Origin: Candidatus Magasanikbacteria bacterium GW2011_GWC2_37_14
Lineage (GTDB): Bacteria; Patescibacteriota; Patescibacteriia; Magasanikbacterales; UBA922
Reading direction: 5' to 3'
NCBI GenBank assembly: GCA_000990355.1
Contig: LBSX01000003.1
Coordinates: forward strand, 21,489 to 85,488
Length of the DNA stretch: 64,000 nt
Shown here: positions 56,159 through 64,000 of the stretch, piece by piece
Position numbering within the stretch: the stretch's first letter is position 1
How the letters are laid out: each line of letters opens with the position of its first letter
Translations under genes and position numbers: made by a program
Notes under the pieces: generated by a model
Database searches by the model: none
Told to the model about the DNA's origin: nothing
What the model saw: only the letters and a program-made list of their open reading frames with translations

Positions 56159-56246
56159 GGAGAGGTGTCAGAGCGGTCTATCGTCCAGCTTTGCTAAAGC
56201 TGCAGGGGGCAACCCCTCGCGGGTTCGAATCCCGCCCTCTCCGCCA
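56159..56246 (+). tRNA. tRNA-Ser (anticodon GCU), CCA encoded
   Basis: Acceptor GGAGAGG / CCTCTCC, anticodon stem CAGCT / AGCTG with loop TTGCTAA, variable hairpin GGGGGCAACCCC, T-loop GGTTCGAATCC, then G-CCA. Confidence 0.85.
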
Positions 56247-56407
56247 GGACAATTTAGTATCGGATAGATTCATCTAGCCGAGACTGAAGGGCGACCCTAG
56301 TGTATGATTATTCCTTTTGGTAGAATAAAAGTCGGTATAAAAAGCCGTCTTTTATTTATCCCAAACAAGTGGTACAATATATTCAATGTATTTAAATAAA
56401 TGATAAT

Positions 56408-56605
56408 ATGTCGACGATTGGTAAAAATATAAAAAATTTTAGAGAATTGAAAAAAATATCGCAGGATCGTCTTTCTAAACTTGCTGATATTTCATCTAAT
56501 ACAGTGGCGAAGCTAGAGTTAGATGATAGTACCAATCCAACTATTGATACTTTACAAAAGATAGCTGAAGCACTTGGTGTTAAGGTAGAAGATCTCATAA
56601 AATAA
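56408..56605 (+). CDS. XRE-family (Cro/CI-type) HTH transcriptional regulator
   Basis: IKNFRELKKISQDRLSKLADISSNTVAKLE...IDTLQKIAEALGV. Confidence 0.7.
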   Translation: MSTIGKNIKNFRELKKISQDRLSKLADISSNTVAKLELDDSTNPTIDTLQKIAEALGVKVEDLIK

Positions 56606-56608
56606 TTT

Positions 56609-59305
56609 ATGATCAATTTAGTAACCTTACAAGAAAATCTTGAAAATCTCAGTCAAAACTTTTCTAAAGAATCGTTTATTTTTGATTTGCTTTCTGTGTA
56701 TGAGTTACCCAAAAGCACTATTTCTTTATTGTCGAAAAGTCCTTCAAAATTATCTGGCAAAGAAGATCAGATTATTTTAAAAAACAAAGTACTTTTCCAC
56801 ATAACTACCCTTGAGGAAGATGAGCATGTTGCGATTGATGCACTACAAAAAGATAAGTCTTCATACAAGTTCAACCCGCGATTTATTATCGTTACAGACT
56901 TCGTAACCTTTTTAGCAATTGATACAAAAACAAAAGAAACACTTGATATTCAAATTGAGGATCTTGGCAAGCACTACGCTTTTTTCTTGCCATGGTGTGG
57001 TATGGAAAAATCTCAGCATGTAAATGAGAACCCTGCTGATATTCGTGCCGCCTACAAAATGGATAAGTTGTATCAAGCAATTGTGAACGACAATACTGAA
57101 TACTATAAAAACAACAGCCATGATCTAAATATATTTCTTTCACGCCTTTTGTTCTGTTTCTTTGCTGAGGATACTGGAATATTCCCTAAAACAGGAATGT
57201 TTACTAACTCTGTGACATCACACACCCATGAAAATGGCAACGAAATGGGTATTTATTTTTCAACTTTTTTTGATGTTTTAAATACTAAAGATTCTGAACG
57301 ATCAAAATATGCTTCACATTTCTTAGAATTTCCATATGTAAACGGAGGTCTTTTTGAAAGTAAGATTAAATTACCTACATTTACGGCAAGTTCACGAAAA
57401 CTGATTATTGAATGTGGAAAGTTGGACTGGAGTTCAATTAACCCAGATATTTTTGGATCTATGATTCAAGCTGTTGTTCATCCTGGCCAGAGAGAGAACC
57501 TTGGGATGCACTACACATCCGTTCCAAATATAATGAAAGTTATTGAACCTCTCTTTTTAAATAATCTCTATGAGGAAGTAAAAAATTCAAAGAATGATAC
57601 TAAAAAACTTGTAAAGCTCCGTGAACGAATCGCAAAAATTAAGATATTTGACCCCGCTTGTGGATCAGGTAATTTTCTTATTATTTCTTACAAAGAATTA
57701 TGTAAATTAGAGATTGAAATAATTAGATTACTAAATTTACAAAATTCATTTGCTACACAAGAAGGTTGGAATAGTACAATGTCAGGTATTACCTTAAATA
57801 ATTTTTATGGTATAGAGATAGACGATTTTGCACATGAAATAGCAAAGCTGTCTCTATATTTAGCTCAGCATCAAATAAACATTAAATTCCAAGAAGAGTT
57901 CGGAAAACTTAAACCAACCCTTCCTCTTAAAGAGAGCGGTAGAATCGTATATGCAAATGCAACTAGAATTGACTGGGATGAGGTTTGTCTTAAGAAAGAC
58001 CGTTTTGGGAATGAATATGAAATATATATTATCGGGAACCCACCATATTTAGGTTCAAAAAATCAGGATATTGAGCAAAAAAATGATATGGCTATTACTT
58101 TTAAGGGGGTGGAAGATTATAAAAAGTTAGATTATGTTGCTTGTTGGTTTTACATTGCATCTTCGTATATTCAAAATACAAATGTACAGTATGCTTTTGT
58201 GACTACCAACTCTATTACACAAGGTGAACAAGTATCCCTACTTTGGAACCTTATTTTAAGCAGAAATCAAGAAATTTTTCTTGCGCACCAATCATTCAAA
58301 TGGACAAATAATGCTAAGGGAAATGCAGGAGTTGCTGTTGTGGTTATTGGAATTAGAAATATTAATGATTCTGAAAAGTATCTTTATAACCAGGATCACA
58401 GACAGCTAGTAAAAAACATAAGTCCATATTTAACCAATACTTCAAACATTTTTATTTTACCACGAAACAATTCTTTAGGAAATTTTCCCTTAATGATTAC
58501 AGGTAGTGGTCCTGGTGATGACGGAAATTTGATTTTAGATATAGATGAAAAAGAAAAACTGATTATACAAAATAATAAGATTGAAAGTTTCTTAAAAAAA
58601 TATATTGGAGCGCAAGAATTTATTGGTAATACATATAGATATTGTATTTATATTACACAAGAAAATGTGAGTGCGGCTTATAAAATAACTCAATTAGTAC
58701 AACGATTTGAAAAAGTAAAAGCATTCAGATTGGCAAGTAAAAAAGAAGGAACCAAAAAAAAGGCCGTTACACCACATTTTTTTGATGAAGATCGATACAG
58801 GGATGATGAATTTATTTTAGTTCCTAAGGTAGGTTCTGAAAGACGAGAATATCTCCCAATTGGGTATTTTGATGGAACATTTCTTCCTTCTAACACGACA
58901 AAAGTTATTTATAATGCTAAACCTTGGCTTTTCGGTATCTTGTCTTCTAAAATGCACATTGTTTGGGTAAGAGCAGTTGCCGGAAGGTTAAAAACAGATA
59001 TGCAATATTCAAACACACTATGCTATAACACTTTCCCATTTCCGAATGTAACAGAAAAGCAAAAAGAGTCTCTCTCAAGTCATGTGTACAATATTTTAGA
59101 AGAACGAGAGAGGTATCCAGAAAAATCAATGGCAGAACTGTATGATCCAGATAAGATGCCTAATGGTTTAAGAGAAGCTCATAGATACTTAGATCAAGCC
59201 ATAGATCAGATATACCGAGGTAAACCGTTTGAAAGTGACGATGACCGACTAGCTCACTTGTTCAAACTTTACGAAGAGATGATTATTAGAAAAAATAACG
59301 AATAA
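56609..59305 (+). CDS. MmeI-family type IIL restriction-modification enzyme (N-terminal endonuclease, gamma-class N6-adenine methyltransferase, C-terminal TRD in one polypeptide)
   Basis: Motif order FDPACGSGNFL (I) then IIGNPPYLG (IV). Long colinear similarity to MmeI as recalled: LLFCFFAEDT, FPYVNGGLF, YGIEIDDFAHEIAKLSLYLAQHQ, VTTNSITQGEQVSLLW, FKWTN. Size 898 aa (MmeI is 919 aa). Confidence 0.75.
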   Translation: MINLVTLQENLENLSQNFSKESFIFDLLSVYELPKSTISLLSKSPSKLSGKEDQIILKNKVLFHITTLEEDEHVAIDALQKDKSSYKFNPRFIIVTDFVTFLAIDTKTKETLDIQIEDLGKHYAFFLPWCGMEKSQHVNENPADIRAAYKMDKLYQAIVNDNTEYYKNNSHDLNIFLSRLLFCFFAEDTGIFPKTGMFTNSVTSHTHENGNEMGIYFSTFFDVLNTKDSERSKYASHFLEFPYVNGGLFESKIKLPTFTASSRKLIIECGKLDWSSINPDIFGSMIQAVVHPGQRENLGMHYTSVPNIMKVIEPLFLNNLYEEVKNSKNDTKKLVKLRERIAKIKIFDPACGSGNFLIISYKELCKLEIEIIRLLNLQNSFATQEGWNSTMSGITLNNFYGIEIDDFAHEIAKLSLYLAQHQINIKFQEEFGKLKPTLPLKESGRIVYANATRIDWDEVCLKKDRFGNEYEIYIIGNPPYLGSKNQDIEQKNDMAITFKGVEDYKKLDYVACWFYIASSYIQNTNVQYAFVTTNSITQGEQVSLLWNLILSRNQEIFLAHQSFKWTNNAKGNAGVAVVVIGIRNINDSEKYLYNQDHRQLVKNISPYLTNTSNIFILPRNNSLGNFPLMITGSGPGDDGNLILDIDEKEKLIIQNNKIESFLKKYIGAQEFIGNTYRYCIYITQENVSAAYKITQLVQRFEKVKAFRLASKKEGTKKKAVTPHFFDEDRYRDDEFILVPKVGSERREYLPIGYFDGTFLPSNTTKVIYNAKPWLFGILSSKMHIVWVRAVAGRLKTDMQYSNTLCYNTFPFPNVTEKQKESLSSHVYNILEERERYPEKSMAELYDPDKMPNGLREAHRYLDQAIDQIYRGKPFESDDDRLAHLFKLYEEMIIRKNNE

Positions 59306-59309
59306 TTTT

Positions 59310-61247
59310 ATGAAAACCATTCAAGTCGCAGAAGCAACATACGCACAAACTGGAGAAAGTACCAAAATCAATAGTTTTGGTATGCGTGAAATGCAGGCAA
59401 AAGCATTCGAAAAAAGAACTGCGCAGTACCTCCTTTTGAAAGCTCCTCCAGCATCAGGAAAATCTCGAGCTTTAATGTTCCTTGCTTTGGACAAGCTCAC
59501 TAATCAAGGTATCAAGAAAGTAATTGTAGCTGTTCCTGAAAAATCAATCGGCGGATCTTTCAGCGAAACTAATTTAACTGATAGTGGATTTTTCGCAGAC
59601 TGGAAACCAAATGATAATTATAATCTTTGTACCCCTGGCCTTGATAATGCCAAAGGAAAGGTTGAAGCGTTTAAGAACTTTATGGAAAACAATGAGAAGA
59701 TTCTTATCTGTACCCACGCTACATTTCGTTTTGCTTGTGAACAAATTGAAGATACAAAATTTAATGACATACTCATTGCTATAGATGAATTCCACCATGT
59801 TTCTGCTGATAAAGAGAGTAGTATTTTAGGACGTGTATTGCATGGGATAATGACTAACTCAAATGCTCACGTTATTGCGATGACTGGATCATATTTCCGA
59901 GGTGACGGTGTCGCTGTTTTGTTACCAGAAGACGAGGCTAAATTTCAGAAAGTAACATATAACTATTATCAACAATTGAATGGTTACACCTATTTAAAGA
60001 CTTTGGGCATCGGATATCACTTTTATCAAGGCAGGTACACATCAGCAATCGCTGAGGTTTTGGATACGAATAAGAAAACGATTTTACATATTCCAAACGT
60101 AAATTCTGGGGAATCTACAAAAGACAAACTTAATGAGGTTGATTTGATTTTAGATATTATTGGTGAAGTAGATCATCAAGATCATGAGACTGGAGTTATT
60201 TATGTGAAGCGTGATGGTGATGGGAAAATTCTAAAAGTAGCAAACCTTGTTGATGATTCAGTAGATCGAGATAAAATTTCAAACTATCTTCGTACTATGA
60301 GAAAAGAAGATGACATGGATATTATTATTGCTCTTGGTATGGCAAAAGAAGGTTTTGACTGGCCATATTGTGAACATGCTTTAACTGTTGGTTACCGTAG
60401 TTCACTTACTGAAATTATTCAGATCATTGGTCGCTGTACTCGTGATAGTGCAAATAAGACTCATTCACAGTTTACAAACCTTATCGCACAGCCCGATGCA
60501 AAAGATGGTGAAGTTAAGGTGTCTGTAAACAATATGCTTAAAGCAATAACTTGTTCTTTGCTTATGGAGCAAGTCATGGCCCCTCACTATAACTTCAAAC
60601 CACGCTTTCCAAATGATGATACTGCATTTACTCCAGGTGAAATTAAAATAAATGGTTTTAAAGCACCAAGCACTGATCGTGTACGAGAGATTATTGAATC
60701 TGATATCAACGACCTTAAAGCTTCAATTCTTCAAGATGACCAGATGATTAAGGCATTGCCTGGAAATGTTGACCCAGAGGTAATAAACAAGGTAATGATT
60801 CCAAAGATTATTCAAATCAAATATCCTGATCTCACAGATCTTGAAGTTGAAGAAGTTCGTCAGCATGTAGTAGTTGATTCTGTAATTAAAAATGGAGAAA
60901 TAAAAGAAGTTGGAGATAAGAAATTTGTTCGTATGGCAGGTCAATTTGTTAATATTGACGATCTTAATATCGACCTTATCGACCGCATTAATCCATTTCA
61001 AGAAGCTTTTGAGATTCTTTCAAAGTCAGTTACATCAAATATTCTTAAGGTTATACAAGATACAATTGATTCATCACGAATTGAAATGACACCTGAAGAG
61101 GTTAAGATTCTATGGCCTAAAGCCAAGGAGTTCACCATACAAACGGGTCGAAAGCCCGACATTTCATCATCTGATCCTCTTGAGAAGCGTTTGGCAGAAG
61201 CCGTTCTTTATTTGAAGAAACTTAAGGCTGAACAAATTCAAAATTAA
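59310..61247 (+). CDS. SF2 (DEAH-type) helicase/ATPase, co-operonic with the MmeI-like gene
   Basis: Motif I APPASGKSRA, motif II IDEFHH, motif III MTGSYF, motif VI QIIGRCTR; 4-nt gap to the upstream gene. Confidence 0.7.
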   Translation: MKTIQVAEATYAQTGESTKINSFGMREMQAKAFEKRTAQYLLLKAPPASGKSRALMFLALDKLTNQGIKKVIVAVPEKSIGGSFSETNLTDSGFFADWKPNDNYNLCTPGLDNAKGKVEAFKNFMENNEKILICTHATFRFACEQIEDTKFNDILIAIDEFHHVSADKESSILGRVLHGIMTNSNAHVIAMTGSYFRGDGVAVLLPEDEAKFQKVTYNYYQQLNGYTYLKTLGIGYHFYQGRYTSAIAEVLDTNKKTILHIPNVNSGESTKDKLNEVDLILDIIGEVDHQDHETGVIYVKRDGDGKILKVANLVDDSVDRDKISNYLRTMRKEDDMDIIIALGMAKEGFDWPYCEHALTVGYRSSLTEIIQIIGRCTRDSANKTHSQFTNLIAQPDAKDGEVKVSVNNMLKAITCSLLMEQVMAPHYNFKPRFPNDDTAFTPGEIKINGFKAPSTDRVREIIESDINDLKASILQDDQMIKALPGNVDPEVINKVMIPKIIQIKYPDLTDLEVEEVRQHVVVDSVIKNGEIKEVGDKKFVRMAGQFVNIDDLNIDLIDRINPFQEAFEILSKSVTSNILKVIQDTIDSSRIEMTPEEVKILWPKAKEFTIQTGRKPDISSSDPLEKRLAEAVLYLKKLKAEQIQN

Positions 61248-61248
61248 T

Positions 61249-62403
61249 ATGGATAAAAAAGATTTACTAGATTTAATAGATGATGATGATTTAGGACTTC
61301 TTGATATAGAGAAGAAAACTGTTTCGGTTACGCCGGATGATCGATTATCAGAATCATTTATGGAAATAAATGAGTTCTTTTCATTACATAATATCGAGCC
61401 AAAAAGTGGTGGAGACATTCATGAACATAAACTAGCATCACGTCTCAAACATATTAGAGAAAACAAAGAACAAAGAGACTTTCTTAGTAAGTACGATACT
61501 CATGGTCTGTTAAAAATCGAGAATAAAGACATCGATACAGTAAATGATATTTTTGAAGACGATGATTTAGATCTTCTTTCAATTGAAGATAGTTCTGTTT
61601 TTAATATAAAGAATGTGCCAGAAATAAAACAAGATCGTTCTGATCCTGACTTTGTTGCACAGAGAAAGATTTGTGCTGATTTTGATCAGTATGAACATTT
61701 GTTCGCACAGGTTCAAAGAGATTTGAAAAATGGCACAAAAAATCTCGCGACTTTTGTAGAAAATGAAATGAAACAGGGGGATTTCTTTGTTCTTAGTGGT
61801 GTTTTAATATATCTAGAAAAAATCTATGATCCATACCGAGGTAATAGTCAAAAAATAAATAGAAGAACTCGCTGTATATATGAGAATGGTACCGAATCAA
61901 GTGTACTTTTACGTTCGCTAGGAAAGAGATTGTCTGATGTAGGTTACGCCATAAAAGATAATGTAAATGTTGTAAGTGTTGAAGATGGCGATTCAGAAAC
62001 CGGTTATATTTATGTTCTCAAGTCACTAAGTAACAATCCTAGAATTGCTAGCACAAAAAACCTTTTTAAAATTGGCTTCTCAACCACTAGTGTTGAAGAA
62101 CGTATAAAGAACGCGCAACAGGATCCTACTTATCTTATGTCCCCAGTTTCTATTGTTGCTACCTACAGATGTTTTAATATGAATCCTCAAAGATTTGAGA
62201 GATTAGTACATCGTTTCTTTGGTGATTCATGTCTAGATATTGAGATCACTGACAACAACGGAAAAAACTACAATCCAAAAGAGTGGTTTATTGCCCCAAT
62301 TAGGGTGATTGGGAATGTTATTGAATTAATTATCAAAGGAGAGATTGTTAATTACTTTTATGATAAAAACGCAGAATCAATTATAAAGATTTCTAATCCT
62401 TAA
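61249..62403 (+). CDS. T5orf172/MUG113 (GIY-YIG-related) domain protein with an acidic repeat N-terminus
   Basis: GYIYVLKS...LFKIGFSTTSVEERIKN...PVSIVATY matches the T5orf172 core; N-terminal acidic repeats DLLDLIDDDDLGLLDIE / IFEDDDLDLLSIED; 1-nt gap after the helicase gene. Confidence 0.6.
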   Translation: MDKKDLLDLIDDDDLGLLDIEKKTVSVTPDDRLSESFMEINEFFSLHNIEPKSGGDIHEHKLASRLKHIRENKEQRDFLSKYDTHGLLKIENKDIDTVNDIFEDDDLDLLSIEDSSVFNIKNVPEIKQDRSDPDFVAQRKICADFDQYEHLFAQVQRDLKNGTKNLATFVENEMKQGDFFVLSGVLIYLEKIYDPYRGNSQKINRRTRCIYENGTESSVLLRSLGKRLSDVGYAIKDNVNVVSVEDGDSETGYIYVLKSLSNNPRIASTKNLFKIGFSTTSVEERIKNAQQDPTYLMSPVSIVATYRCFNMNPQRFERLVHRFFGDSCLDIEITDNNGKNYNPKEWFIAPIRVIGNVIELIIKGEIVNYFYDKNAESIIKISNP

Positions 62404-63718
62404 GTAGTGTTAATATTTTATCTTTATAAACAATTCTTGATCTCAAATTTCCAAGCAGTTCTCTCTTCTCGCTAACCGATCCCTCCTTTAAAATATACTT
62501 AGCATAGTTCCGTATATCTGTGTCTTCTCTATTCTTCATTTTATCAGTACTACCAAGTACTGACCTTTGAAATATATTAAATCTGGCAATTTCATTTTCT
62601 AGCTTTTGTCGCATTCCAAGTTCGTTAATATTTACTTTATCCAATATCTTTAATAGCTCAATTATTAAATCTTCCTCTCGTATATACTTATTTTTACAAT
62701 TTCTGTCTCTCGCTCTTGAACATGAATAGTAAATATATCTTGCATGTGTGCCATCTTTTAATTGTTTATATTTTTCTTCAGCAGAAATTCCACTGCCACA
62801 ATACCCACAGGTAAATAACTTAGTAAATGAGAACTCGTGATTTTCTCGAACTATCTGGTCTCTTTTTAATTGGGCTCTAGCTTTTTCAAATAATTCTTGG
62901 GTTATTAGTGGTTCATGTTTTCCTGTATACCAATTTCCACTTCCTCTTGGACTTTCAAATACTCCATAATAAAAACTGTTATTAATTATTCTATATACCC
63001 CAGCCAATGTCAGCGGTTTATTGCCACGAGTATAAAAATTTAGTTCATGCTTTAGCCAATTATATATTTTTCTGCCCGAATAATGTTCATTAGCAACTTT
63101 TTCAAACATTTTTTTAATTGCTGGAGCACGCAGTGGATCAACTATCACTTGGCATTTCTTATCCATTAGTTTTTGATTTAGATATCCAAGTGGTGCCACA
63201 CCTGGCCACAATCCCATTTCTACTCTAGTTCTTAAACCTCGTTTTACATTTATTCCTCTATTATCATTTTCAAGTTTGGCTTGCGATCCCAATATCATCA
63301 ACAGGAACTTTTCGTTTGGATTATTACCAAATCTCTGTCCGAACGTCCTTATTTCTACAAGAGCGCCCGAATCCATTAAATCTACTATTTTCCCTAAGTC
63401 CCCAGCATTTCTGGAAATTCTGTCTGGTGCCCAAGTCAAAATACCATTGAATTTACCTTGTTTTAATTCCTCTATGATTTCATTGAAAATTGGCCTTTGA
63501 CCAGTTTCTTTGGCCGAGTGGGATTCTCTTTTCATTGTAACCACATCTAAATTCTCCTTTTCTGCCAGCTGAAGCATCTCCTTAATTTGGCTATCTATGG
63601 AGAGAACCTGCCTTTCCTCTGATTCTGTTGATTTTCTTGCGTAAAGGCAGTATTTTACCTTAATTTGGGTCGTTATTTTGCCCGTAGACCCCGTGGGCAT
63701 TAGTGCGATATTCATCAT
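62393..63718 (-). CDS. large serine recombinase (resolvase catalytic domain + recombinase domain + zinc ribbon)
   Basis: YARKSTESEERQVLSIDSQ (catalytic Ser region), GILTWAPDRISRN, C-terminal CGYCGSGISAEE ... YYSC. Confidence 0.8.
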   Translation of the reverse strand: MMNIALMPTGSTGKITTQIKVKYCLYARKSTESEERQVLSIDSQIKEMLQLAEKENLDVVTMKRESHSAKETGQRPIFNEIIEELKQGKFNGILTWAPDRISRNAGDLGKIVDLMDSGALVEIRTFGQRFGNNPNEKFLLMILGSQAKLENDNRGINVKRGLRTRVEMGLWPGVAPLGYLNQKLMDKKCQVIVDPLRAPAIKKMFEKVANEHYSGRKIYNWLKHELNFYTRGNKPLTLAGVYRIINNSFYYGVFESPRGSGNWYTGKHEPLITQELFEKARAQLKRDQIVRENHEFSFTKLFTCGYCGSGISAEEKYKQLKDGTHARYIYYSCSRARDRNCKNKYIREEDLIIELLKILDKVNINELGMRQKLENEIARFNIFQRSVLGSTDKMKNREDTDIRNYAKYILKEGSVSEKRELLGNLRSRIVYKDKILTLLKD

Positions 63719-63854
63719 ATACCTAATTAATGACGCTAACTCCCGAAGGAGTCCAGAGCGTCCCGAGTCCTAGCTGTTGGTAACTTTTACAAGCTTTACA
63801 TTTATAGTTAAAGTGGTAAAATCAGTGTATTATTAAGAGTTTTATAATAAAAGT

Positions 63855-64000
63855 ATGCCGCATCTCATCCCGATTGAATTGATTGAAAAAATATCAAAAG
63901 GTCCTTCTGACACAAAAATAGAAAGTGTTTCAAATTTACAAAATTACATCCAAGATCTTCTGGGTGATAGTCATCACACTTTTTTGCAAGGTTCTTATAG
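63855..64000 (+). CDS. 5' part of a hypothetical ORF running off the window
   Basis: Open frame only (MPHLIPIELIEKISKGPSD...). Confidence 0.2.
   Translation, partial: MPHLIPIELIEKISKGPSDTKIESVSNLQNYIQDLLGDSHHTFLQGSY

Overview
This is an AT-rich bacterial window (about 30-35% GC by eye) with GC-rich patches. It has giant surface proteins, a type IV secretion-like cluster, ComFC and a dense population of miniature repeats. By inference it looks like a small-genome, host-associated organism; a Candidate Phyla Radiation (Patescibacteria)-like bacterium is my guess, not something the sequence shows directly. The standard genetic code is in use: UGA terminates ORFs and RF2 (prfB) is present. Housekeeping genes I can support are the ClpC D1 AAA+ module (1..940, 5' end outside the window), nusA, yidC, prfB, tsaC/yrdC, rsmA/ksgA, comFC, a TrmB regulator and two adjacent type-II tRNA-Ser genes. 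Accessory content, in window order, is as follows. (1) An IS200/IS605-like Y1 transposase unit (6575..7209) flanked by three hairpins on each side. (2) Two GC-rich islands (8940..10300 and 42216..42965) whose composition looks foreign; one encodes a four-finger RanBP2-like zinc-finger protein, the other a lipoprotein. (3) Two giant extracytoplasmic proteins of 3962 aa and 2915 aa. (4) A T4SS-like cluster (43420..55199) with a VirB6/TrbL-like protein, a PrgI/VirB3-like protein and a VirB4 ATPase split into two ORFs, bracketed by repeat families A and B. (5) At least five families of miniature palindromic repeats. Three of these families are inserted in frame inside essential genes (ksgA twice, tsaC, prfB, an O-antigen ligase gene), reminiscent of Rickettsia palindromic elements. 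(6) An integrative defence island next to tRNA-Ser (56408..63718). It carries an XRE regulator, an MmeI-family type IIL restriction-modification enzyme, a co-operonic SF2 DEAH helicase, a T5orf172/GIY-YIG-like protein and a large serine recombinase. That combination is the strongest candidate for a previously undescribed system. No CRISPR array and no rRNA were seen.
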